Shown here: positions 1 through 8,241 of the stretch, in pieces
Position numbering within the stretch: the first letter of the stretch is position 1
Layout of the letters: each line of letters opens with the position of its first letter
Notes under the pieces: generated by a model
Seen by the model: the letters and a program-made list of their open reading frames with translations, nothing else
Database searches by the model: none
What the model was told of the DNA's origin: nothing
Assembly: GCA_015061315.1 (NCBI GenBank)
Contig: SUWV01000009.1
Coordinates: 19,193-83,192, forward strand
DNA: 64,000 nucleotides
From: Lentimicrobiaceae bacterium
GTDB taxonomy: Bacteria; Bacteroidota; Bacteroidia; Bacteroidales; F082
Direction of reading: 5' to 3'
Translations under genes and position numbers: made by a program

Positions 1-966
1 TAAGCTATCTTTATTAGGAGAGAAATACCATGTTATAGTATCGTAATTCATTGAATGAGTTGGGAAGACAGCGAAGGTATCAGGCAAAGTTTCAAGTATT
101 TCTATTTTAACGTCTTTAGCTGGATAACGAAATGCGAATCGCAGCACGCCCTCTTCAGGCACCTCTTTCTTCAACAATCTCTGAATCGAATCTTCTTCAA
201 GAAACGAATATAAAGTGTATGATACAATCGAATCATTGTCAATTGTTAATTGTAAATTGTCAATTGGACAAACGAGACTATCTATGAAAGCGATGTCTTC
301 ATTCGGCAAGTCGAATTTCAGGTTTGAGTTACCGTCTTTCAAGGCGAAGATCAGATATTCGTCATTTTTAAGTCCAGAGAATTTGAAGTTACCGTCTTTG
401 TCGGTTTTAGTGATATAATAAGGTTTTGAGAGATACGGTAGCGAGTCGATTTTCACGCTGTCGTTGTCGTTAGTATAAAGCATCACGAAGAAATCGGCAG
501 AAGGATTATGGTCGAAAGCCTGAAGCACTTTGCCTTGTAATGTCAAGGTGTCGATGTTTTCGCCTGTAGATAAGACAAAAGAATAATCTTTGAAGACATT
601 ACCTTCGTGAAGGTCTTTTATTGCCTCGCCGAAGTTAATAGAATAAGTGACATCAGGTTTTAATGATTCTTTAAATTTAATTATCAACGACTTGCCACTC
701 AGTTTATATTCAGGATTATTATCGAGAGGAGGAGAAATCAAGATATTCTTATTCGGATTATTAAGAGTGACATATTCATCGAAGGTGATATGGATCTCTT
801 TATCAGAGAAATTAGTCGCTTGATTTTGAGGAGTTGAATGTAACACTATAGGAGGCACTGTATCTTTAGGACCGCCAGTCGGCGACACCACATTAGCGCA
901 GCGCACAAGGCTCAGCATCAAAAGCAATGCGAGACAGTGAAATAAATATGATGACGATTTCTTCAT
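1..966 (-). CDS. Ig-like (SbsA_Ig-type) domain lipoprotein, N-terminal part; the C-terminus lies beyond the left edge
   Basis: An open minus-strand frame runs off the window edge, so it is absent from the ORF track. ATG is at 966-964. Hand translation: MKKSSSYLFHCLALLLMLSLVRCANVVSPTGGPKDTVPPIVLHSTPQNQATNFSDKEIHITFDEYV. This shows a lipoprotein-type signal followed by the pattern typical of Bacteroidota SbsA-type Ig-like domain proteins. Confidence 0.6.
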   Translation of the reverse strand, partial: MKKSSSYLFHCLALLLMLSLVRCANVVSPTGGPKDTVPPIVLHSTPQNQATNFSDKEIHITFDEYVTLNNPNKNILISPPLDNNPEYKLSGKSLIIKFKESLKPDVTYSINFGEAIKDLHEGNVFKDYSFVLSTGENIDTLTLQGKVLQAFDHNPSADFFVMLYTNDNDSVKIDSLPYLSKPYYITKTDKDGNFKFSGLKNDEYLIFALKDGNSNLKFDLPNEDIAFIDSLVCPIDNLQLTIDNDSIVSYTLYSFLEEDSIQRLLKKEVPEEGVLRFAFRYPAKDVKIEILETLPDTFAVFPTHSMNYDTITWYFSPNKDSL

Positions 967-983
967 AATGCAAAGATAAAAAA

Positions 984-1182
984 AGTCTAAAGTCTAAAGT
1001 CTAAGGTCTAAAGATTTTTTTAAGTCACCGAGTCGCTTAGACAATAAGTCAATAAGACAATAAGTCAATGAGTAGAGAATACGTGAGACATTACACCGAT
1101 AGAAATAAACAAGGTGTAATTGGTGCGTCTCTATATCTTTTCAGATTTTCAGATTCTCAGTTTCTCAGATTTTCAATTTCTC
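984..1182. repeat. composite intergenic repeat, copy A (AGTCTAA x4 / GACAATAAGTCAATAAG tract / TAGAGA hairpin / CAGATTYT x5)
   Basis: (AGTCTAA)n lies at 984-1013 and the GTCAATAAG-type tract at 1040-1073. The hairpin is TAGAGAATACGTGAGACATTACACC (1073-1097) ... GGTGTAATTGGTGCGTCTCTA (1113-1133), with a perfect 8-bp ATTACACC/GGTGTAAT core. The CAGATTYT tract lies at 1142-1182. Confidence 0.8.
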
Positions 1183-1779
1183 AAAAGCGAATCCTTTTTC
1201 TGAATAATATTCAAGTACTTTTGTCAAAGTCGGTATCATATTTTTTTCGGCTTTTTCGCTATCATGGAAGACAATGATACTACCGTCGTCAGCATTTTTA
1301 ATTATATTCTTGAAGCAATCTTCTGGGCTTAGGGTTTTATCCCAGTCGTAAGATATAACGCTCCAAGCTATGAGTTTGTAATGATTTTTCAGCTTTCTTA
1401 TCTGCGACGATTTTATCCTTCCGTGAGGCGGACGAAACAAGGCAGATTGTATCAGTTGTTGTGTTTTATCAACAGAAATTATATAATCATCAGTTTTCGT
1501 ATTCCAGCCTTTTTCATGATTATAAGTATGACCTCCCACCGAATGACCTTCACTGACAATCATATCGAAAGTCGTTTTATATTTTTCTATGTTATTACCG
1601 ACGCAGAAGAATGTCGCTTTAGCATTAAATTTTTTTAAGATTTCAAGTACCTTAGGCGTTATGCTTGGGTGTGGCCCATCGTCGAAGGTGATATATAGTT
1701 TTTTTTCGCCCTTTGGCATCTTCCAAATCAGCGAAGGATAGAACATTCTTAATATAAAAGGAGTCGTAATGAAGCGCAA
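1165..1779 (-). CDS. polysaccharide deacetylase (NodB homology domain)
   Basis: Motifs TFDDGP, ATFFCVG and GHSVGGHTYNH match the carbohydrate esterase 4 / NodB signatures. The start may be an internal Met. The stop codon lies inside a CAGATTYT repeat tract. Confidence 0.8.
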   Translation of the reverse strand: MRFITTPFILRMFYPSLIWKMPKGEKKLYITFDDGPHPSITPKVLEILKKFNAKATFFCVGNNIEKYKTTFDMIVSEGHSVGGHTYNHEKGWNTKTDDYIISVDKTQQLIQSALFRPPHGRIKSSQIRKLKNHYKLIAWSVISYDWDKTLSPEDCFKNIIKNADDGSIIVFHDSEKAEKNMIPTLTKVLEYYSEKGFAFEKLKI

Positions 1780-1793
1780 ATTCTAAAAATTTG

Positions 1794-1865
1794 TACCCCC
1801 ACCGGGAATCGAACCCAGATTTAAAGTTTAGGAAACTTTCGTTCTATCCGTTGAACTATAGGGGC
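1794..1865 (-). tRNA. tRNA-Arg (anticodon CCT)
   Basis: The reverse complement folds by hand as a cloverleaf: GCCCCTA TA GTTC AACGGATA GAAC G AAAGT TTCCTAA ACTTT AAAT CTGGG TTCGATT CCCGG TGGGGGT A. The D stem has 4 bp, the anticodon stem 5 bp, the T loop is TTCGATT and the anticodon is CCT. The acceptor stem has two G-T pairs. CCA is not encoded. Confidence 0.8.
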
Positions 1866-2047
1866 GTTTCAATGTACAATGAACAATTAACAATTAACAA
1901 TGTACAATTTATAATTTATTAATGAATATTAGCCTTTAGACCTTTGCCTTTAGCCTTTAATCCTCCGACTAAATTCCGTTTGCAAAAATAATATTTTTTT
2001 TCGATAATTTATTTTTCATTTTGCATTTATTATTTTGCCAAAATAAT

Positions 2048-2055
2048 TACCTTTG
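2048..2055 (+). promoter_or_regulatory. Bacteroidota -7 promoter box TACCTTTG upstream of panC
   Basis: Matches the TAnnTTTG consensus of the Bacteroidota primary sigma factor. It sits 38 nt upstream of the panC ATG. Confidence 0.55.
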
Positions 2056-2093
2056 TGCGATTTTTATAAAACAATATAAGAAATTATCATAAG

Positions 2094-2936
2094 ATGAAAG
2101 TCTTTAATTTTATCGTTGATGTTCAACGTTTTGTAGAAGAGAAACATAACTTAGGTCTTAAAATTGGTTTCGTCCCTACTATGGGAGCGCTTCACGAAGG
2201 TCATCTTTCTTTGATAAATCGTGCAAAAAAAGAAAACGACATCGTGGTTTGCAGCGTATTCGTAAACCCAATTCAATTCAATAACCCTGCGGATTTAGAG
2301 AAATATCCTCGCACTCCAGAGAAAGATATCGAGAAGTTGGAGCAGGCTGGCTGCGATGCTGTCTTCATGCCTACTGCAGAAGAGATGTATCCTAACAAAG
2401 TGGAAGATCATTACGACTTCGGCGATTTGGAACGCGTCATGGAAGGCGCCTGCCGTCCAGGTCATTTCAACGGCGTTGCGATAGTAGTCCGCAAGCTCTT
2501 TGAAATCGTCACTCCTAACAGGGCTTACTTCGGCGAAAAAGATTTCCAACAACTCGCCATCATCAATAAGATGGTCAGCAACCTCAACATGAATCTTGAG
2601 ATTGTCCCCTGCCCTATTATCAGAGAACACGACGGTCTCGCCATGAGCTCACGCAACGTCCGTCTCAACGAGGCAGAACGCGCCATAGCTCCTAAAATCT
2701 TCGCTACATTAAACGACAGCATCACAAAAAAAGATGTCATGTCGCCTGCCGAGATGAAAAATTACGCATTAAAGAAATATGCAGAAATCAAGGAGTTTGA
2801 TGTCGAATACGTTGAAATCACCGATGAAATAAATCTTAAATCTATTGAAAACTGGGACGAATGCGATCACGCTCGTATCTTCGTAGCTCTTCAACTTGGA
2901 CCAGTCCGCTTAATTGATAACGTTAGAATATTTTAA
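2094..2936 (+). CDS. panC: pantoate--beta-alanine ligase
   Basis: [14 protein letters not shown] (HIGH-like motif), FVNPIQF and a 280-aa length are typical of PanC. panD is adjacent. Confidence 0.95.
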   Translation: MKVFNFIVDVQRFVEEKHNLGLKIGFVPTMGALHEGHLSLINRAKKENDIVVCSVFVNPIQFNNPADLEKYPRTPEKDIEKLEQAGCDAVFMPTAEEMYPNKVEDHYDFGDLERVMEGACRPGHFNGVAIVVRKLFEIVTPNRAYFGEKDFQQLAIINKMVSNLNMNLEIVPCPIIREHDGLAMSSRNVRLNEAERAIAPKIFATLNDSITKKDVMSPAEMKNYALKKYAEIKEFDVEYVEITDEINLKSIENWDECDHARIFVALQLGPVRLIDNVRIF

Positions 2937-2937
2937 T

Positions 2938-3282
2938 ATGAATATCGAAGTACTAAAATCTAAAATCCACCGCGCTACCGTGACTCAAGCCGACCTTAAT
3001 TATATCGGCAGCATTACTATTGACGAGGACTTATTAGACGCAGCTAACATTATTGAAAACGAACGCGTTGACATTTATAACATCACCAACGGCGAACGTC
3101 TCTGCACCTACGCCATCAAAGGTGAACGCGGCTCTGGCGTCATCGGAATAAACGGCGCTGCAGCTCATAAAGTAAATGTCGGCGACTTAGTCATAATCGT
3201 TTCTTACTGCTCAATGGATTTCGAAGAAGCTAAAAAACATAAACCTTCTATCGTATTCCCAGATAAAAACAATAAAATATAA
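2938..3282 (+). CDS. panD: aspartate 1-decarboxylase
   Basis: [29 protein letters not shown] contains the G-S self-processing site. The ATG at 2938 lies 1 nt after the panC stop, so the upstream ORF extension from 2914 is rejected. Confidence 0.95.
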   Translation: MNIEVLKSKIHRATVTQADLNYIGSITIDEDLLDAANIIENERVDIYNITNGERLCTYAIKGERGSGVIGINGAAAHKVNVGDLVIIVSYCSMDFEEAKKHKPSIVFPDKNNKI

Positions 3283-3286
3283 AGCA

Positions 3287-4300
3287 TTGAATAAGAGAGC
3301 ATCCAACGTAATAACATATATTATTTTCCTCTTATTAGGGATTCTTCTTCTTTGGCTTTGCTTCAGAAAGATAGAGTTCTCACAGGTATTGGATTACGTC
3401 AAAACGGCAAAATATTCATGGATGCTCATCAGCCTCGCATGCTTAGCAATTTCGTTATTCTTCAGAGCCTTACGATGGAATATCTTGATAGAGTCGTTAG
3501 GATATAAGACAAGAGTCTCAACGACTTACGAATCGGTCTTAATAGCTTATTTCGCTAACACTGTCTTTCCTCGACTCGGTGAGGTGACGCGTTGCGGAAC
3601 TCTCACTAAAAAAGAAAACATACCCTTCGACAAGTCATTCGGGACTGTAGTCTCAGAACGCATCATCGACCTTGTCATACTTCTCGCAATGGCATTGTTA
3701 GTCATTCTGTTTCAATGGAATCTGTTAGGAAGCCTCATCACATCCTGGCTCAATCCTCTCATAGAAAAACTGACAAGTAATATTCTCATGGGAATTATCG
3801 TCATTACCTTGACAATAGTGTTTTGTCTCGCTATCGTGTTAATCTTCAGAAAGAACAGAGAGAAAATATCACAAAATAAATTGTATAGAAAAATAGCCTC
3901 TATATGGGACGGTTTTGTCGATGGCATGAAGTCGATTTTCACTATGGAAAAGAAAGGCTTGTTTATCATCTATACATTATTAATATGGGGATTTTATGTC
4001 GTGATGACATGGCTGCCATTCTATATGCTTCCTGAGACATCACATCTCGGGCTGACAGAAGCAGTGACTTTGTTAGGACTCGCCACCTTAGGCGTCGTAG
4101 CTCCAGTTCCAGGCGGAATGGGCGTATATCATTTCATAGGTATATTGTTGCTCAACGGTTTCTACGGAATATCAGAATCAGCGGCAGTGTCGTTCGTGAC
4201 GATAAATCACACAAGTCAGATGATATTTTATTTAGTGACAGGAGTTATTGCTTACGTCATTATGTTCTTTGTTGACAGACGTTTGCCTGTTAATGACTAA
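3287..4300 (+). CDS. flippase-like / lysylphosphatidylglycerol-synthase TM-region (UPF0104) family membrane protein
   Basis: A 337-aa polytopic membrane protein. FPRLGEVTRCG and the C-terminal PGGMGV motif resemble UPF0104. It appears to use a TTG start 4 nt after panD. Confidence 0.55.
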   Translation: MNKRASNVITYIIFLLLGILLLWLCFRKIEFSQVLDYVKTAKYSWMLISLACLAISLFFRALRWNILIESLGYKTRVSTTYESVLIAYFANTVFPRLGEVTRCGTLTKKENIPFDKSFGTVVSERIIDLVILLAMALLVILFQWNLLGSLITSWLNPLIEKLTSNILMGIIVITLTIVFCLAIVLIFRKNREKISQNKLYRKIASIWDGFVDGMKSIFTMEKKGLFIIYTLLIWGFYVVMTWLPFYMLPETSHLGLTEAVTLLGLATLGVVAPVPGGMGVYHFIGILLLNGFYGISESAAVSFVTINHTSQMIFYLVTGVIAYVIMFFVDRRLPVND

Positions 4301-4341
4301 AGACTAAAGGCTAAAGACTAAAGGGAATAGGAAATTATAAC

Positions 4342-4836
4342 ATGAAACATTTAGAAAAGATTTACGATAAGATATTAGACAACAAATCTCTTGAAGAAAG
4401 ATTAGATCTCTGGCGCAGAGAAGGAAGAACGATAGTTTTCTCAAACGGTTGCTTCGACATCTTACATCGCGGTCACGTTGAATATCTTTCAAAAGCTGCC
4501 GACCTTGGAGATAAACTCATAATCGGTTTAAATACAGATGATTCTGTAAAAAGACTAAAAGGTCCGTCGCGACCTGTCAATGATGAAAAAGCACGCGCTG
4601 TAGTTTTGGCAGGATTAGAGTTTGTTGATGCGGTAGTGTTTTTTGAAGAAGACACGCCATATAATTTAATCAAAAATGTTCAGCCCGACATTTTAGTAAA
4701 AGGCAATGATTATAAGGCAGAAGACATCGTCGGTTACGACATCGTAACTGCTAAAGGAGGAAAAGTGGAAACAATAGAACTCGTTAATGGTTTTTCAACG
4801 ACAAAAATTCTTGAAAAAACCAATTCACAATTGTAA
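4342..4836 (+). CDS. rfaE2: D-glycero-beta-D-manno-heptose 1-phosphate adenylyltransferase-like cytidylyltransferase (RfaE domain II)
   Basis: [15 protein letters not shown] (HxGH nucleotidyltransferase motif), a length of 164 aa and VKGNDY all match the RfaE domain II type. Confidence 0.8.
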   Translation: MKHLEKIYDKILDNKSLEERLDLWRREGRTIVFSNGCFDILHRGHVEYLSKAADLGDKLIIGLNTDDSVKRLKGPSRPVNDEKARAVVLAGLEFVDAVVFFEEDTPYNLIKNVQPDILVKGNDYKAEDIVGYDIVTAKGGKVETIELVNGFSTTKILEKTNSQL

Positions 4837-4854
4837 AGTATTGATCGTCAATTT

Positions 4855-6063
4855 TCAATCAATTTTCAATACCAATCCTTTCAAATAGGCTCCTTCCGGA
4901 TGGAATATATTTACAGGATGATCTTCCGGCTGGTCGAGTTGGAATATTATCTGCGCCTTACGACCTGCTTCTATGGCAGCAGACAACACAACACTTTGAA
5001 ACTGAGCCTTATCAACTGCCTGAGAACAGCTGAAAGTGAATAAAAGACCTCCCTCTTTGATTTTCTTTATCGCTTCAGCGTTAATAAATTTATAACCTTG
5101 TAAGCCTCGATGCAACGACTTATGATTTTTGGCAAATGCCGGAGGGTCAAGAATTATCAAATCAAAGTCTCCTTTCTTCATATTCTGAAGGAAGAGTTTT
5201 GCATCTTCTGCAACACTCGGATTTTCAATAGTATCGAAACCGTTGAGAGCAATATTTTTTTCACAATCTGCAATAGCTTTCTTTGAACAATCGACGGAAA
5301 CGACTCTGTTTGCGCCACCACGAAGTGCCGTTACCGAAAAACCTCCTGTATAACAGAAAGTGTTAAGTACGTTCTTGCCTTTCGCTAATTTTCTAACCAA
5401 ATCACGATTATTACGCTGATCTAAAAAAAAACCAGTCTTCTGACCTTTTTCCCAATCAATCAAAAACTTAGAATCGTTTTCACATACGAAGTCATCAGTT
5501 TTTTCACCAATGAGATAGCCGTCATCGACAGCTTCTTTTCCCATTCTCTGCATCGCCTCAGAGCTTTTGTTATAAACGGAATTAATATCCAATCCATCGA
5601 TATTGAGAAGAGAGTCTGATATTGACTTAATATTCAATGCCATACCTTCTGTCTGAGCTTGAACAACAGCAGTTGTACCATAAATATCAATTATCAAACC
5701 AGGAAGATTATCTCCCTCGGAATGGACAAGACGATAGCAGTTGGTATGTTGATTATCAACGAGACCCATCATTTTACGAAGTTCAAAGGCTTTTTCAAGT
5801 CGTTCCTTCCAAAAAAAAGCATCGATTTTTCTGTTATCAAAACTTAATAATTTCACCGCAATATTTCCAGCTTCCGCGAAACCAGTTCCTAATATTTCAT
5901 TCTTAAAATCAACAACTGTAACTAAATCGCCAGCTTGAATATTAGGAGCCGCTGTTTCTATTGCGCCTGAAAAAATCCATGGGTGATAACGCCTTACGGC
6001 TTCATCCTTGCCTCTACGAAGTTTTATGATAGGGTAATTGTTCATAATCATAATTTTGTACAA
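4855..6063 (-). CDS. rlmI: class I SAM-dependent rRNA (cytosine-C5) methyltransferase, RlmI-like (PUA + MTase)
   Basis: The N-terminus has RYHPWIFSGAI (PUA-like). It also has the SAM motif NTFCYTGGFS and DPPAF. The true start may be the Met at 6045. Confidence 0.8.
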   Translation of the reverse strand: MYKIMIMNNYPIIKLRRGKDEAVRRYHPWIFSGAIETAAPNIQAGDLVTVVDFKNEILGTGFAEAGNIAVKLLSFDNRKIDAFFWKERLEKAFELRKMMGLVDNQHTNCYRLVHSEGDNLPGLIIDIYGTTAVVQAQTEGMALNIKSISDSLLNIDGLDINSVYNKSSEAMQRMGKEAVDDGYLIGEKTDDFVCENDSKFLIDWEKGQKTGFFLDQRNNRDLVRKLAKGKNVLNTFCYTGGFSVTALRGGANRVVSVDCSKKAIADCEKNIALNGFDTIENPSVAEDAKLFLQNMKKGDFDLIILDPPAFAKNHKSLHRGLQGYKFINAEAIKKIKEGGLLFTFSCSQAVDKAQFQSVVLSAAIEAGRKAQIIFQLDQPEDHPVNIFHPEGAYLKGLVLKID

Positions 6064-6117
6064 AGATAGGAAAAAGGGGAAAGACGAAAGTCTAAAGTCT
6101 AAAGATTTTTTAACTTT

Positions 6118-6741
6118 TTAATCCTCTATTAACGGTAAAATCTCCTCTTCAAAGATTTTCTTCTCAATAATTCTATAATGCGGTTGATATTCAGAATTAT
6201 AAATCTCGCTATGATGAACCGCATATTTCCCCTGCTCCAAAACAGAATGTATCATCTCCAAATCTTCTTCAAAATTTTCCAAATCAAGATTCATAGAAAT
6301 TATAACAGATTCTATTTCAGACCATTCCTCTTTCCATTCCGAAATTGCGTCTAAATCTATTTTCTCCACACTTCTTAGAAAAGCATCGAAGTATTTCTGA
6401 TATGAAATCTTATTTTCTTTTAAGACGGAAAGATTTACCCGGTAGTAGTTATTCTCATATCCTGTTGGTTCATAATATCTTTCATGGAAACTTTCCGAAT
6501 TATTAAGTTCATAACGTAGATAATTTCCAGCAGTACTTGTATCATTCACCAAATGTCCTGGACCGAATCTGTCTTGAAAGAAACTTTTGTATAAATCCTG
6601 CAAAGTCGATTTCGGATAATCGCTCAATTGTCGCTCCACTGATTTTTTTATACGCTCAACCGACGACGACCCACAACCTGGAAAACTCACACAAAACAGA
6701 AATAATAAATTAAAAATCAAATATTTAAACACTCTATTCAT
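6118..6741 (-). CDS. hypothetical lipoprotein
   Basis: The signal peptide has a lipobox-like FPGCGSS. I recognise no family. Confidence 0.5.
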   Translation of the reverse strand: MNRVFKYLIFNLLFLFCVSFPGCGSSSVERIKKSVERQLSDYPKSTLQDLYKSFFQDRFGPGHLVNDTSTAGNYLRYELNNSESFHERYYEPTGYENNYYRVNLSVLKENKISYQKYFDAFLRSVEKIDLDAISEWKEEWSEIESVIISMNLDLENFEEDLEMIHSVLEQGKYAVHHSEIYNSEYQPHYRIIEKKIFEEEILPLIED

Positions 6742-6791
6742 GCAATTTTCAGATGTGTCAATTTCGTATTGTTAAAATCATTGGTGTAATC

Positions 6792-6966
6792 GACGCGTCT
6801 CTACAAATTGTCAATTGTACATTTTCAACTGTTAATTGTAAATTGTAAATTAATTTGGGCGTTCCGGCTACGCCGTCGGGCTTTCCGCTATATCTTTTTC
6901 CGCTTCGCTCCAAAAGGATGTCGCTCCAATCCCTAACGCAAAGCGGCTACTATGTACAGACGCGTC
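6792..6966. repeat. 14-bp inverted repeats (GACGCGTCTCTACA / TGTACAGACGCGTC) enclosing 147 bp of word repeats plus a GC-rich island
   Basis: The arms at 6792-6805 and 6953-6966 match 13/14 as reverse complements. The arm sequence belongs to the TAGAGACG hairpin family seen elsewhere in the window. Confidence 0.6.
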
Positions 6967-7007
6967 AATAATACATTACTTCAAATCCTTTTGTCTTTCG
7001 ACTTTTA

Positions 7008-7979
7008 TCATTCATCTATTCTTACGAGTTCATATTCTCTTGAACCAAGACCGATGGCAGCAGCATGTTCGATGATATGAACTCCGTGACGCGAGTTAAT
7101 TCTCTCAATCAATGCTTTAGCGTCATCGCCTTCTTGTGAAGGATAATTGAAAATCAAGTCAACACAAGCCTGGTCGAGAGCAACGGGATCTGTTGAAGCT
7201 AAGATTCCGACATCGTTCATCTCAGGAGCAGCCGGATGATTGTCACAGTCGCAATCAACGGAGAGATTATTCATAACATTGATATATAAAATCTTACCAT
7301 CAAAATAATCGTGAACCGACTGAGCCGATGCAGCCATTGCCTCGATGAAATGATCTTGAGGCACATCTCTGTTCATCTTCCAGATGAGATTCTTATCAGC
7401 GCATTTACCTGCGGTATGAATGTAAGCTTTGCCATTAGCTGAAGCAACTCCAATAGATTGATTTTTAAGAACTCCGCCAAAGCCTCCCATCGCGTGACCT
7501 TTGAAGTGAGCGAGGTTAATCATGAAATCATAATTGTCGATATGGTCACCAACAAGATTATATTTAATATGTGTTGTGTCTTTGACAGGAATCTTCTTTT
7601 CACCGAACTCATCCATAAGGTCGCAAGGAGCAATTGCCATAAAGCCATGATCTTTAAATGTTTGCCAATGAGCTTCGTTAGTATTACGTTTGCCAGCATA
7701 CGCTGTATTACATTCTACTATAGTTCCATTGACTTCTTGTACCAAATCTTTGATAAGTTCTGGCTTTAAGAAATTCTTACCACCAGGTTCGCCAGTAGAA
7801 ATCTTAACAGCGACCTTGCCTTCTGGTTTAATTCCAAGAGCCTCATATACTTTAACAAGACCTTCAGGAGAAATATCAGTCGTCATGTAAACGACAGGCT
7901 TCTCGTTTTGCGAAGTTGAACAATTTACTAACATAGTCATCATAAAAACTGCTATTGAAATTTGTCTTAAAGTTTTCAT
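7008..7979 (-). CDS. DUF362 domain-containing protein with a signal/lipoprotein leader
   Basis: The probable start is MKTLRQISIAVFMMTMLVNCS at 7979. The overall pattern (VAVKISTGEPGG, CDCDNHP cysteine cluster) resembles DUF362 proteins. Confidence 0.55.
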   Translation of the reverse strand: MKTLRQISIAVFMMTMLVNCSTSQNEKPVVYMTTDISPEGLVKVYEALGIKPEGKVAVKISTGEPGGKNFLKPELIKDLVQEVNGTIVECNTAYAGKRNTNEAHWQTFKDHGFMAIAPCDLMDEFGEKKIPVKDTTHIKYNLVGDHIDNYDFMINLAHFKGHAMGGFGGVLKNQSIGVASANGKAYIHTAGKCADKNLIWKMNRDVPQDHFIEAMAASAQSVHDYFDGKILYINVMNNLSVDCDCDNHPAAPEMNDVGILASTDPVALDQACVDLIFNYPSQEGDDAKALIERINSRHGVHIIEHAAAIGLGSREYELVRIDE

Positions 7980-8038
7980 AATTATATTTCTTTTTACATC
8001 AAATTTTCTCAATTTTTCAGATTTTCAGATTCTCAATT

Positions 8039-8240
8039 TTAAGGGGGCTTCTATAAATTGCTTTGCAAATGATTTATGAATTTTTATTGAGAAGATTTTT
8101 GTATTTCTTGAAAGAACATAGCGAGCTATGTGATTGAAAGAAAGACGAAAAGATTCCAATAAAAAGCATAAAGCGTGCAAAAGTTTTTACTGTCATTGTT
8201 AAAAGTTATTAAAACGGGGAATTTATAGAAGTCCCCTTAA
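8039..8240. mobile_element. MITE-like element or long imperfect palindrome bounded by 21-bp terminal inverted repeats
   Basis: TTAAGGGGGCTTCTATAAATT (8039-8059) matches the reverse complement of AATTTATAGAAGTCCCCTTAA (8220-8240) at 20/21 positions. Inner symmetric segments lie at 8060-8078 and 8167-8183. There is a central 7-bp hairpin ACATAGC-GA-GCTATGT at 8116-8131. No ORF is present. Confidence 0.45.
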
Positions 8241-8241
8241 G

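Noticed and set aside
1068-1277. 69-aa ORF spanning the composite repeat (MSREYVRHYTDRNKQGVIGASLYLFRFSDSQFLRFSISQ...). Small ORFs also occur at 215..418, 29808..30050 and 42662..42934.
   Set aside because: The translation is simply the repeat words read through (SDSQFLRFSISQ) or the antisense of real genes. There is no coding support.
1780-2093. Integrated element at the tRNA-Arg gene, since tRNA genes are common integration sites
   Set aside because: There is no integrase, no direct repeat of the tRNA 3' end and no foreign-looking genes adjacent. The flank contains only word repeats and the panC promoter.
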